The notes under the pieces: generated by a model | Told to the model about the DNA's origin: nothing | Databases searched by the model: none | The model's input: only the letters and a program-made list of their open reading frames with translations | Shown here: positions 17,758-27,300 of the stretch, in pieces | Layout: each line of letters starts with the position of its first letter | How positions within the stretch are numbered: the stretch's first letter is position 1 | Assembly: GCA_017882805.1 (NCBI GenBank) | Contig: JADGOT010000254.1 | Span: 1-48,203, forward strand | Origin: Glaciihabitans sp. | Lineage (GTDB): Bacteria > Actinomycetota > Actinomycetes > Actinomycetales > Microbacteriaceae | Length of the DNA stretch: 48,203 nucleotides | Direction of reading: 5' to 3' | Program-made: the position numbers and the translations under genes

Positions 17758-17820
17758 TGGCGGAGGTGGTATTCGTCGCTCCCCCCAGTGCGGGTAACCC
17801 CCGGTTGAGGGCCATACCGC
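17758..17820 (+). ncRNA. Candidate C-loop (6C-like) small RNA
   Basis: Hairpin 17770-17796 has a loop of exactly six C. A second C5 tract (AACCCCCGGTT) follows. A possible closing stem is GCGGAGGTGGT/GCCATACCGC, and TACGTT at 17751 could be a -10 box. Confidence 0.4.
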
Positions 17821-17918
17821 GTGGTCTGTCCGCATCTACAGGCCTGTCTGTGCGCATCAATTCACAGTCCTGAAACCTCAAGGGGTGCCTGCGCGAATTA
17901 TGGTGCGGGTAGGGTCGA

Positions 17919-19307
17919 ATGATGGTCGAGATCCCGTTACCGGACGCACTGATGGCGTGGATTCCGCGCCAGCGCTGGTACGCGGGCAAGGGCCAGGGCG
18001 CTTCTCTCACCCAGCGCGGGGGCTGGAATGTGACCTGCGAGAGTGCGGAGATCCTCACCTTTTACGTCCTCGATCGACAGGACAGCGGGGCGACGCTCTA
18101 CCAGGTTCCGATCACCAGACGCGCTGCTGCGCTTGAAGGAATTCGCCCCATCTGGCACGACAAGCACGGCTACTACTACGACGCGCCGCACGATCCGGCC
18201 TACGCCGTCGCGATCCTCGACCTGATCGCGACCGAAAGCGAGACGGGTGGATCTCGCGGACATCGCCAGCCCGGCACACAGCCGGTCACCGTCACCGCGA
18301 GCGCGGTACTCAACGGCGAACAGTCGAACACGTCAATCATTTGTCGCACCCGGGATGGCTCCCCCGTGATCCTCAAGGTATTTCGCGCGATGCACGCCGG
18401 CGACAATCCGGATGTTGTGCTGCAGTCCGCGATCTCGGCGACCGGCTCTGCACTCGTGCCGGCCTCCGTTGGCTACGTGTCTGGCCAGTGGCCGGATCGG
18501 TCACAACCCGACGGCGTTGCCCACGGTCATCTGGCGTTTGCGCAGGAATTTCTCGAAGGGGCGGAGGACGGCTGGCGGGCGGCGCTCCGAGCGGCGACGG
18601 CCGGCGAGGACTTCTCACTGCGAGCGAGGCGCCTCGGGCAGGCGACCGCCGAACTGCACGCAACCCTGGCCACCGCGCTGCCAACCCGCGAAGCCGAGAT
18701 ATCGGACCAAGCTCGTCTGCTGGCCGCAATGCACGCCCGTGCGGATGCCGCGCTCGACGCCGTGCCCGCGCTCGAGGAGTTTCGCGACGCGATCGACGCC
18801 GCACTGAACACCGTGCGCGGGTCTCCGTGGCCTCGCCTTCAACGCATTCATGGTGATTACCACCTCGGGCAGGTGCTCGCAGTAGGCGACGAATGGGTGA
18901 TCGTCGATTTCGAGGGTGAACCGCTTCGCCCGATGAGCGAGCGCAGCGAACTCGATCTGCCGCTGCGTGATGTCGCCGGGATGCTTCGATCGTTCGACTA
19001 CGTCGCGGGCGCGGTGCTTCACGCCGGTGGGCAGGCGACCGAGCTGGGCGCGACGGAGCTGGGCGCGACGGATTGGGCCCAGAGCGCTCGAGCAGCGTTC
19101 CTCGCTGGCTACGCCGAGTCGGCCACGCTCGCTGAGGGTGCACTAAACCCGGGCGGCGGTCTGCTTGACGCTCTCGAGCTCGATAAAGCCCTCTACGAAG
19201 CCGTCTACGAGGCCCGCAACCGCCCAGACTGGCTGCGCATCCCGGTCGAGGCGGTACAGCGGCTGGCGAGCTTCTCGGGACTGCGCGGCGCGACATCTAA
19301 CCGCTAG
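17919..19307 (+). CDS. mak: Maltokinase (Mak/Pep2, APH-like kinase)
   Basis: WIPRQRWYAGK, GEQSNTS, ILKVFR, RIHGDYHLGQVL, DFEGEP, RDVAGMLRSFDY, LDKALYE and YEARNRPDW motifs. The start is probably ATG 17922 (TAGGGT-6nt-ATG). Confidence 0.88.
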   Translation: MMVEIPLPDALMAWIPRQRWYAGKGQGASLTQRGGWNVTCESAEILTFYVLDRQDSGATLYQVPITRRAAALEGIRPIWHDKHGYYYDAPHDPAYAVAILDLIATESETGGSRGHRQPGTQPVTVTASAVLNGEQSNTSIICRTRDGSPVILKVFRAMHAGDNPDVVLQSAISATGSALVPASVGYVSGQWPDRSQPDGVAHGHLAFAQEFLEGAEDGWRAALRAATAGEDFSLRARRLGQATAELHATLATALPTREAEISDQARLLAAMHARADAALDAVPALEEFRDAIDAALNTVRGSPWPRLQRIHGDYHLGQVLAVGDEWVIVDFEGEPLRPMSERSELDLPLRDVAGMLRSFDYVAGAVLHAGGQATELGATELGATDWAQSARAAFLAGYAESATLAEGALNPGGGLLDALELDKALYEAVYEARNRPDWLRIPVEAVQRLASFSGLRGATSNR

Positions 19308-19416
19308 TCGCACCTCTCGTACGGCAGCTCAAGGCTGTACCGCATAGAGCTTTAGCGCATAGAAACCTATCCTGCAAGGGCTGGCACCCCCGAACGGCTG
19401 ACGTTGTACTTGTCGC

Positions 19417-19812
19417 ATGACGAACATCGCCGAACGGCCGAGTAGAACCAAGCTGACGGCTCGCCAGCTGGCGAGCCTGCGCTCGCAACTCGAGGCTGAT
19501 CGTGAGCGCACGGGAATGCACATCGACACCGTTACCGACGAAATGGGGGCCTTCGTCACTGCCCGCCGCGATACTGCGACCGACGACGAGCATGACCCCG
19601 AGGGCCCGACCCTGGCCTTTGAGAGGTCGCAAAGCTCCGCGATTCGGGGCCAGTCGCAGCAGCACCTGGTTGAGATCGACATCGCCCTGCTACGAATGGA
19701 TGAGGGTCGATACGGGCTCTGTAAGTCGTGCGGCAACGAGATTGCCCTCGGTCGGTTGCAGGTGCGTCCTCAGGCCGCGCTCTGCATTTCGTGTGCGGAA
19801 CACGTCCGCTAG
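19417..19812 (+). CDS. TraR/DksA C4-type zinc-finger protein
   Basis: DDEHDPEG acidic tip, ALxRMDEGRYGxCxxC, IxxxRL and CISC motifs. Confidence 0.9.
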   Translation: MTNIAERPSRTKLTARQLASLRSQLEADRERTGMHIDTVTDEMGAFVTARRDTATDDEHDPEGPTLAFERSQSSAIRGQSQQHLVEIDIALLRMDEGRYGLCKSCGNEIALGRLQVRPQAALCISCAEHVR

Positions 19813-19903
19813 CGACTTCTGCCCCATTTCGGGGTGCTAAGACCCCCCTTTTGGCCGCGTGGCGATCACCATCTGTTCACGTTTTGATGATCGACTTGGC
19901 ACT

Positions 19904-20857
19904 GTGCCAACACACGCGGGGCCAACACGAGCGGGCGAATACCCGCGGCCGGACCACTTCCTGCTACACCTCAGCGACACGCATCTTCTGGCCGGAGACG
20001 GACGTCTCTACGATCGCGTCGACAGCCAACGCCATCTGCGCGAACTGTTTGAGCAGATTGAAGCGTCCGACGGTCGACCCGAGGCGATCATCTTCACCGG
20101 GGACCTCGCCGACCGCGGAGAACCCGAGGCGTACGACCGGCTCCGCGAAATCGTTGAGCCCGCCGCGGCACGACTCGGTGCCGAGGTGATCTGGGTCATG
20201 GGCAACCACGATGAGCGGGCGGCGTTTCGCACCCACTTGCTCGGGGAAGTCGGCACCACCCGCCCGGTCGACCGTGTCTATGACGTGAATGGTTTGCGCG
20301 TTATCGCTCTCGACTCAACCGTGCCAGGACATCACCACGGTGAGGTTACGCCCGACCAGCTGGACTGGCTGGCCGAGGAACTCTCCTACTCGGCGCCCCA
20401 CGGCACGATTCTGGCGATGCATCACCCGCCGCTGCCGAGCGTGCTGGATCTGGCGGTACTCGTGGAACTCCGCGACCAGTCCGGGCTTGCCGAGGTGCTG
20501 TTGGGAACTGACGTTCGCAGCATCCTCGCGGGGCATCTGCACTATTCGTCCACCGGCACGTTCGCGGGAATTCCGGTCTCGGTAGCATCCGCAACCTGTT
20601 ACACGCAAGATCTGGCCGTGCCCGCCGGTGGCACTCGCGGCCGTGACGCGGCCCGCGCCTTCAACCTCGTGCACGTCTATGGCGGCACAATCGTGCACTC
20701 GGTTGTTCCGGTTGGCGACAGCCCCGTGCTCGACTATGTCGATGCAGCCGAGACTCGGCGGCGACTCGAAGCGGCGAATGTTGTTATCGCCGGCCCGGTA
20801 AACGCGCCCGTGCTCGCGGAGCCGGCTATGACGATGCGGGCTCCTGCGCGGGTGTGA
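19904..20857 (+). CDS. cpdA: Class III cyclic-nucleotide phosphodiesterase (CpdA/Rv0805-like metallophosphoesterase)
   Basis: HLSDTHL, TGDLAD, MGNHD, MHHPP and GHLH motifs. The start is uncertain (GTG 19859 or 19904). Confidence 0.88.
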   Translation: MPTHAGPTRAGEYPRPDHFLLHLSDTHLLAGDGRLYDRVDSQRHLRELFEQIEASDGRPEAIIFTGDLADRGEPEAYDRLREIVEPAAARLGAEVIWVMGNHDERAAFRTHLLGEVGTTRPVDRVYDVNGLRVIALDSTVPGHHHGEVTPDQLDWLAEELSYSAPHGTILAMHHPPLPSVLDLAVLVELRDQSGLAEVLLGTDVRSILAGHLHYSSTGTFAGIPVSVASATCYTQDLAVPAGGTRGRDAARAFNLVHVYGGTIVHSVVPVGDSPVLDYVDAAETRRRLEAANVVIAGPVNAPVLAEPAMTMRAPARV

Positions 20858-22439
20858 GCTGACCTGATTCGGTGCTCTGACCTGATTCGACATCTGGGCG
20901 TTCCCATGGCGCGGGGATCGGGAAATAGCTGTTCAGAAAGTCGAGTACCGCGGCGATCCGCGTCTCAATCGAGATCTCGGGTGCGCTTCCGTCGTTGAGG
21001 CAGAAGAAATCCTGGCTGCGACCCCGCAGCAGGCGCGTCATTTGGCGAAGCGACGAAGTGAGTGTGGTTTCGACGTACTTGACCCTGGCGTTCGTCTGCA
21101 CGACCGCGCGACCCGTCATGAGCGCGTAGTAGTGGTACAGCGAGTTGGTCACCGAGATGTCGGTTGCCGCGCGGAACGGGCTGGCGGCAGTACGGGCGAA
21201 GTCCGTGGCGAACTCGCGCTCCATCTCGAACAGGACGCTGCGACGCAACGGCGTCGGGGCGTGCTCGAGATGACGTGTCGTGACCTTTCCGAAGCGCTCG
21301 AGCAACAGAGCGCGATTCACCCGCGCGGCGTTCTCGAATCCGCTGCGCTCGGGTGAGTTCTCACCGAGCCCGATTCGCGTGGTGGCCTCGATAAATTTCG
21401 TGATGCCACCTGGCGAGAAGAACATCTCGGGGCTCACCGGACGCGCGAAAAACATGTCGTCGTTCGAGTAGAGAAAGTGCTCGCTCAGTCCGTCGATGTG
21501 GTGCAACTGGCTCTCGATCGCGTGCGAGTTGTGCGTCGGCAGATCACTCCGGTCGAGGAAGAACGCGCTACTCGGCACGATCGTGACCCGGGGATGTTCG
21601 TCGAGCCACGCGGGCGTCGGAGAATCCGTCACGATGAAGATGCGGCGAATCCACGGAGCGAACAGATAGACGCTGCGAAGCGCATAGCGCAGTTCGTCGA
21701 GCTGGCGGTAGCGGGCGGCCGAATCGTCGCCGACACCCACGACGTAGCTCTGCATGCGCAGCGCACGCATCCGCTGGAATTCGGCGGAGGAGCCGTCTAC
21801 CCACGAGAACACGATGTCAATGTCGAACGTGATGTCGCTCGCGAGCGGGTCGAACATCCCGGCGAACGTGTTCCACTCGCGACCGAAGCGTTGCACCGTG
21901 GCGTCGATGGCTTCCTCGCGCGGCAGGGTGGAGCGCATGATCGCGTTGGGACCGGGCGCAACAATCTCGTCGGGCCCGAAGTCCCAGAACTCGAGCCGGA
22001 TGGCCGACGCGGCACCGTACCGAAGGCGGCCCGCGAGGTCTACGCGCGGGCGGAACAACTGAAGGATTCGCGCTTTGCCGCCTCCCGCGAGCTTGCCATC
22101 GGCAATCAGGAGCGCGGCATTCCGGCCACTCTTCGAATAGAACGGCTCGTTTTCAAATGCCGCAGAAAGCGCTGCCGTGACAGCACGACGACGCGACCGA
22201 TCGACAGCCAGGATTGGGATAGCACCCTCGCCACGAATCAGCAGATATTCGATGTTCGCGGCGCTGAGGGCATCGGCGATCGCGTAGAGATCTTCGACCG
22301 CGGCCTGGGTTGGCGTGAGGGACTCGTTCAGAAGGGTGAGCTGCCCCTTGCGAACCACGACGTCGGTCCGATGGAAATCCCGAAGACCCGTAACCGGGTC
22401 GACGATGCGAAGTGGAGATTCGTTCGCTGGTTGGGTCAC
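20826..22439 (-). CDS. cpsY: Stealth-family hexose-1-phosphate transferase (CpsY-like)
   Basis: CR1 [12 protein letters not shown]2 [41 protein letters not shown]3 HAPxP..FR and CR4 FFCLND motifs. Confidence 0.92.
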   Translation of the reverse strand: MTQPANESPLRIVDPVTGLRDFHRTDVVVRKGQLTLLNESLTPTQAAVEDLYAIADALSAANIEYLLIRGEGAIPILAVDRSRRRAVTAALSAAFENEPFYSKSGRNAALLIADGKLAGGGKARILQLFRPRVDLAGRLRYGAASAIRLEFWDFGPDEIVAPGPNAIMRSTLPREEAIDATVQRFGREWNTFAGMFDPLASDITFDIDIVFSWVDGSSAEFQRMRALRMQSYVVGVGDDSAARYRQLDELRYALRSVYLFAPWIRRIFIVTDSPTPAWLDEHPRVTIVPSSAFFLDRSDLPTHNSHAIESQLHHIDGLSEHFLYSNDDMFFARPVSPEMFFSPGGITKFIEATTRIGLGENSPERSGFENAARVNRALLLERFGKVTTRHLEHAPTPLRRSVLFEMEREFATDFARTAASPFRAATDISVTNSLYHYYALMTGRAVVQTNARVKYVETTLTSSLRQMTRLLRGRSQDFFCLNDGSAPEISIETRIAAVLDFLNSYFPIPAPWERPDVESGQSTESGQLTPAQEPASS

Positions 22440-24616
22440 TCGAGGGCGCCGGCCAGAAGACTCACAAGAGCTCCCAGCTGCACGCTGCCTTCCGCCGTGA
22501 TCTCGATATCCGAACCGTCTAGCGCGCGGGCAGCAAGCCCCGCCTTACTGTCGATGAGCTCTGCGATCTTGGCGTCGATGGTTTGCGCGGCAATAATGCG
22601 CCAGGCGGTCACCGGCAGCTCCTGGCCGATGCGGTGCACCCGGTCGATAGCCTGAGTCTGTTCGGCGCTGGTCCAGCTGAGCTCCGCGAGGACGACGTTG
22701 GACGCAGCCTGCAGGTTGAGGCCGACACCGGCCGCGGTCAGCGACGCAACGACAACGGAGACGGCGGGATCCTGAGCGAAAGCGTCGATCGCGGCCTGCC
22801 GTGCCTTTGGCGTCTGGTCGCCACGAATAGAGACGGTACCAAGCCCGGCCTTGCGGAAGTGCGCCTCAGCGGTGTCCATGACGTCGATGTGCTTCGCGAA
22901 AAAGACCACCTTGCCGACGTTGCGGGCAAGCTGAGCGGTGTAGTCGGCCGCGAGACCGGCCTTCGCCTGACCGATCTTGCGCACCATGGTGAAGACGTTC
23001 TCGCCGGTCTTCGCCGACTTCGACTCCTCGAGCTCCTCGTGCGCAACCGCGCGGATGAGGCGTTCTTTGGCTGCTTCGTCAAATTCTTCGTCCGATTTCC
23101 GCAGCGCCAGACGACGCTGGTAACGATCAACCAGACGGGCGGTGAGCGCCGCCTCAGCGTCGCGGATAGAGCGGCCAAGGTCGTCGTCGAGTTCGACCGG
23201 GATGTCGGCAACGCGACGGGCGGGAATGTCTGCGGCGACATCCACCTTCTTGCGTCGCACGATGCCCATATCGATCACGGCCTGACGCGCTTCGGAGAAG
23301 AATCCGAAGTCTGCCGGCGTGAGCCCGGTGTCTTCGAGCTTGTCCATGAGCACGGGCAGCGGCTTCTTCTCATCGATCCAGCCGAGGAACTGCCAGATCG
23401 CGCGGAAGTCATCGATCTGGTTGATTAGTGGCGTACCGGTGAGCGCCATGAAGAGCGCCTTCGGGCTGCTGGCCCGAATGCTCTTTGCGAGCGACAGAAC
23501 GTGCTTGGATCGCTGGCTCGTGAGGTTCTTAATGAAGTGCGCCTCGTCGACGACCATGCCCTTGAAGCCAAAACGGCCGAGCCAGCCGACGTGCCGATCG
23601 AGCACCTCGTAGTTGACGATCACAACATCGCTGAAGGCGTCGACATCGTTGCCATCACCGTGCACCACGGTCGCGGTGCGCTGCGGAGTCCACAGGGCAA
23701 CCTCGCGCGCCCAGTTCGTCTTGACGACGTTCGGAACGACAACGAGCAGAGGATACGAGTTGGAGACGGATGCGGCGAGCAGCGCCTGCGCCGTCTTGCC
23801 GAGGCCGGGCTCGTCGGCGAGCAGGAAAGTACGGTGGCCGGCCTTGACCTCTTCGACGAACCGGGCCTGGTGGCGCATGAGCTCCAGTTTGCCCGGAGTC
23901 TTCAACGAGTTCGCCTCCGGCAACTCCATGCTGGCCGCTCCCCCGCCGGCGCCATACTCGAAGGCGCGGAACAGGGGCTCAATAAGCTCCCAATTGGCGA
24001 GCTGGTTGACCCGCACGGGCTTCTGCGCGACGGCGCTGAAGTCGGGGGCGAGGAACGGATTCGACATCTGAAGCTGACGCACCGACTGCGGAATGACCTG
24101 CTTCTCGGCGGCGAGATCCTTGGGTGCCGGCTCGGTCGTGATGATGAGCTCGTCGGGGCTGAGCTCCATGCCCGCGGCGAGCAGGAGATCACGGCGCAGC
24201 GCCTTGGCAGCGGCCGTGACGGGCGCGTCATCCGCGAGCAGTGCGATCAGGCTGGTGTCGCGAGCAGCCGTCTTCGCGAGGATGCCGGCGAGGCCATCCA
24301 GACGTTTCTGTTCGTTCGCGCGCTCGGCCTCGCTCAGTGTGGGGTCGGCCTTGACGCGGGCCCGCTCTTCGCGCAGCAGCAGAGCCGCAACCTGGAAGCG
24401 TGCACGGTTGGCGGGCTTGAGTGGGCCCTTTTGAACAGCGGCCTCGACCTCACGCGCGGCGCGTGCGAGAACAGGAATGACGCCCTGATCGTCGGCTCCG
24501 CGGGAACGGCGACGCTGCTGTGGCGCTCCCGTGCGAGATCCGGACGAACCGGAGTTACGTCCCTCGGACGAGCGGGATCGCTGACGTTGGCCAGGCTGAG
24601 CCGGTCCAGATGCCAA
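22436..24616 (-). CDS. SNF2-family (DEAH-box) helicase/translocase
   Basis: LLADEPGLGKT, VVVP..VKTNW, VVDEAHFIKN, LTGTPLIN, AAGVGLNL and QAIDRVHRIGQ motifs. TTG start with SD AGGAG. Confidence 0.92.
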   Translation of the reverse strand: MASGPAQPGQRQRSRSSEGRNSGSSGSRTGAPQQRRRSRGADDQGVIPVLARAAREVEAAVQKGPLKPANRARFQVAALLLREERARVKADPTLSEAERANEQKRLDGLAGILAKTAARDTSLIALLADDAPVTAAAKALRRDLLLAAGMELSPDELIITTEPAPKDLAAEKQVIPQSVRQLQMSNPFLAPDFSAVAQKPVRVNQLANWELIEPLFRAFEYGAGGGAASMELPEANSLKTPGKLELMRHQARFVEEVKAGHRTFLLADEPGLGKTAQALLAASVSNSYPLLVVVPNVVKTNWAREVALWTPQRTATVVHGDGNDVDAFSDVVIVNYEVLDRHVGWLGRFGFKGMVVDEAHFIKNLTSQRSKHVLSLAKSIRASSPKALFMALTGTPLINQIDDFRAIWQFLGWIDEKKPLPVLMDKLEDTGLTPADFGFFSEARQAVIDMGIVRRKKVDVAADIPARRVADIPVELDDDLGRSIRDAEAALTARLVDRYQRRLALRKSDEEFDEAAKERLIRAVAHEELEESKSAKTGENVFTMVRKIGQAKAGLAADYTAQLARNVGKVVFFAKHIDVMDTAEAHFRKAGLGTVSIRGDQTPKARQAAIDAFAQDPAVSVVVASLTAAGVGLNLQAASNVVLAELSWTSAEQTQAIDRVHRIGQELPVTAWRIIAAQTIDAKIAELIDSKAGLAARALDGSDIEITAEGSVQLGALVSLLAGALE

Positions 24617-24654
24617 GTGTGTCTCCTAGCGCTGTGCCTTCGTGCACAGCGATG

Positions 24655-24717
24655 CTGTATCTAACAAGTCTGTTTCTGACAAGTTCTGTTTCTGACAAGT
24701 TCAGTTTCTGACAAGTA
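24655..24717. repeat. 16-bp AT-rich tandem repeat x4 upstream of the SNF2 gene
   Basis: ctgtatctaacaagt ctgtttctgacaagtt ctgtttctgacaagtt cagtttctgacaagta. Confidence 0.92.
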
Positions 24718-24830
24718 CTGCCGGGTACGACGATCATTGGGAAGGGCGAACCCAGTCGCATGATCGGCACCAACCCGGAGGTCCAGACCCATTTCGCGGC
24801 GCGAATGGTGGTTCCGTTTGGTGCTGGTAC

Positions 24831-25193
24831 CTAGTGTACGCGCTTTTTGGCGTTGCGGTCGTCCGGGTTAGGGACTTTCACCAGCACACCGACGACCAGA
24901 AACACGACCGCCGCGACATACTGCGCGATCAGCCATCCGATCCAGTGGTGCCAGTTGATCGGCCAGATCGGGTTCCACGCGACCACCATCCCGGCGAGAA
25001 TCGGCAGCCACCACCACTGTTTCGCCTGCCACGCGTAGACGGCCACGATCGCGGCGAGAACCGCGACTCCCACCTGGAACCAGTAGTAGGTGCCGGTATC
25101 CAGAAGAGCGAGGCCGGCGAGAAGCACAATGGCTCCGAGGATGCCCGGAGCGAGGGCGGTGCGGCGGAATGACTTGGTCGGATAGCTGGACAT
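24831..25193 (-). CDS. DUF6804-like small membrane protein
   Basis: Four TM helices with QAKQWWW and WNPIWP motifs. I moved the start to ATG 25193, after GGAGG. Confidence 0.75.
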   Translation of the reverse strand: MSSYPTKSFRRTALAPGILGAIVLLAGLALLDTGTYYWFQVGVAVLAAIVAVYAWQAKQWWWLPILAGMVVAWNPIWPINWHHWIGWLIAQYVAAVVFLVVGVLVKVPNPDDRNAKKRVH

Positions 25194-25317
25194 CACCTCC
25201 AAGGCTAGCCACACAGTGCCAGCCAAGAGCAAAGTTAGGCAATGACTACCCATATTGGGCGGTTCCCTGCGACACCTATCGTGACTGTCAGACCCCTAAC
25301 ACGTAAGGACAATGGCC

Positions 25318-25941
25318 ATGGGCTTCTTTGGAAATCTAATCGGATCCGCCGACAATTCCGTTCTTCAGAACGGCATCCTCGGCCGCGGCGAGATCACCAA
25401 TCTCGAGATGAGCGGAATGACGCTGCAGACCGGCAACGGCCTCGTCGAGCGTAAGTGCACGATTACCGCAAACGTATTTCTCGACAACACCCCGATGTTC
25501 GTTGCCACCATCGTGCAGCGCGTGCAGGAGATCGTCATCCCGCAGCTGTCGTCGGGCAGCGCGGTCGTCGCGGTCCGGGTCGATCCGGCCGACCACTCCA
25601 AGGTTGCCATCGACTTCAGTTCCGAGGTGCCCGAGGTCACCCTCGCGCGCACGACCGACAACGCCCACAGCGCCGCGTACCTGCTCGCGAACGGCAAACC
25701 CATCAAGGTCGTTCTGGTCGGCAATCAGCCGCTCGGCAAGAAGAATGCCGACGGCGTCGAGATGTACGCACTACAACTCACCGCCTACGAGGGCGTCGAT
25801 ACGCCCTACCAGTTGACCGTGGGAAACCCGGTGCCGGCCAGCGCGTTGCCGCTGCTGTTCCCCGGCTCAAAACTGCACGCGAGACTTGGCGATGACCCGA
25901 ATGCCGTGGTCGTTGACTGGGCGGCAGGATCGGCGGCTTAA
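25318..25941 (+). CDS. Hypothetical protein with two tandem beta-rich (OB-like) repeats
   Basis: Repeat 1 is LQNGILG...PQLSSGSAVVAVRVDPADHSKVAIDF and repeat 2 is LLANGKP...PLLFPGSKLHARLGDDPNAVVVDW. SD AAGGA lies 8 nt before ATG 25318. Confidence 0.78.
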   Translation: MGFFGNLIGSADNSVLQNGILGRGEITNLEMSGMTLQTGNGLVERKCTITANVFLDNTPMFVATIVQRVQEIVIPQLSSGSAVVAVRVDPADHSKVAIDFSSEVPEVTLARTTDNAHSAAYLLANGKPIKVVLVGNQPLGKKNADGVEMYALQLTAYEGVDTPYQLTVGNPVPASALPLLFPGSKLHARLGDDPNAVVVDWAAGSAA

Positions 25942-25950
25942 GCTGGCCGG

Positions 25951-27273
25951 GTGACCCCGGTCGAACGATTTCGCGCGTTGCTGCGCATCCCCACGATCTC
26001 GAGGCTTGATACCGAGCAGATCGAATGGCAGCAGTTTGACCGGTTTGTCACCCTCCTACCCCAGTTGTACCCAGGGGTGCACACATCGCTCACGCGCGAA
26101 ATCGTTGCCGAACACTCGCTTCTCTATCGGTGGAAAGGCGCCTCGGACGAGTCGCCCACCGTTCTTCTGGCCCACTACGACGTCGTCGCCGCCAGTGATG
26201 AGAGGTGGGAGCATCCCCCCTTCGGTGCCGAACTCACCGGAGAGGGGGACGCGACCGAGCTGTGGGCGCGCGGGTCACTGGATGACAAGGGCGCGTTGGT
26301 CAGCATCCTCGAGGCCGTCGAGCGGTGCGTGTCCGAGGGATTTGTGCCCGCTCACGATGTCTACCTGAGCTTCGGACACGACGAGGAGACCACGGGGTCG
26401 GGCAGTCAGGCCATTGTCGCGCTGCTCGAGCAACGCGGCATCCGGCCGGCGCTGCTGGTGGATGAGGGCGGCGCGGTGGTCGAGGGAATCTTCCCTGGCG
26501 TGGACGCGCCGATCGCCGTGGTCGGCGTGAGCGAGAAAGGCATCACGTCGGTCGAGCTGACGGTGCTCCAGGATGGCGGTCACGCGTCCACTCCCCCGCG
26601 ACTGAGCGCCACAGCGAGGTTGGCGCACGCAATCGTGCGGCTGAACGCGTCGCCGTTTCGCGCACGTTTCTCGCCCACCAACCTCGAGATGATTCGCACG
26701 GTCGGCGCGCACGCGCGCCAGCCCTACCGGTGGCTTTTCACACAGCAGTGGCTCACGCGCGGCATCCTGCTAGCGCTGTTCTCACGCCTGGGCGACGAAA
26801 CGCGCGCCATGGTGCGAACGACTGCCGTAGTCACTCGGCTGTCCGGAAGCGATGCCGAGAACGCGCTCGCCGAGAAGGCAACCGCGACCGTCAACATGCG
26901 GGTCGCAGTCGGGTCGACCGTCGCCGAGTCCGTCGAGCACATCCGTCGCGCGATTCGGGATGACCTCGTTCTCGTCACCCCGCTGAATCCGTCCGAGCCC
27001 TCTCCCATCTCCCCGACCACTGGTGCGCAATGGGATGCCGTGCGTGGCGCGATCCTTGCGGTGTATCCCGAGGTGATTGTGACCCCGTACGTCCAGCTCG
27101 GCGCGAGCGACAGCCGGCACTTCACACGCATTTGCGATGCTGTTTACCGGTTCACGCCGTTCGAGATGTCACTTGCAGAACGCGGAACTCTGCACGCGGT
27201 CAACGAGCGCATCCGCGTCGCTACCTGGCTTCGCGGAATCGACTTCTACGCGGCGCTGATCCGGGCTGTCTAG
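25951..27273 (+). CDS. M20-family metallopeptidase (carboxypeptidase S/PM20D1-like)
   Basis: LLAHYDVV, ARGSLDDKG, GHDEE, LVDEGG, EKG, GGHAS, GASDSRHF and LHAVNE motifs. Confidence 0.9.
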   Translation: MTPVERFRALLRIPTISRLDTEQIEWQQFDRFVTLLPQLYPGVHTSLTREIVAEHSLLYRWKGASDESPTVLLAHYDVVAASDERWEHPPFGAELTGEGDATELWARGSLDDKGALVSILEAVERCVSEGFVPAHDVYLSFGHDEETTGSGSQAIVALLEQRGIRPALLVDEGGAVVEGIFPGVDAPIAVVGVSEKGITSVELTVLQDGGHASTPPRLSATARLAHAIVRLNASPFRARFSPTNLEMIRTVGAHARQPYRWLFTQQWLTRGILLALFSRLGDETRAMVRTTAVVTRLSGSDAENALAEKATATVNMRVAVGSTVAESVEHIRRAIRDDLVLVTPLNPSEPSPISPTTGAQWDAVRGAILAVYPEVIVTPYVQLGASDSRHFTRICDAVYRFTPFEMSLAERGTLHAVNERIRVATWLRGIDFYAALIRAV

Positions 27274-27300
27274 CTCGGGCTATCTAGCGAGAGGCGCTAG

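Noticed and set aside
22436-24616. Anti-phage defence system built around the SNF2 helicase
   Set aside because: There is no adjacent nuclease, methylase or other defence partner, and it looks like a conserved chromosomal SNF2.
21477-24664. Long plus-strand ORFs of 392, 281 and 387 aa
   Set aside because: They are antisense shadows of the Stealth and SNF2 genes.
24655-24717. CRISPR array or plasmid iterons
   Set aside because: The 16-bp units abut with no spacers, there is no rep gene, and the context is core chromosome.
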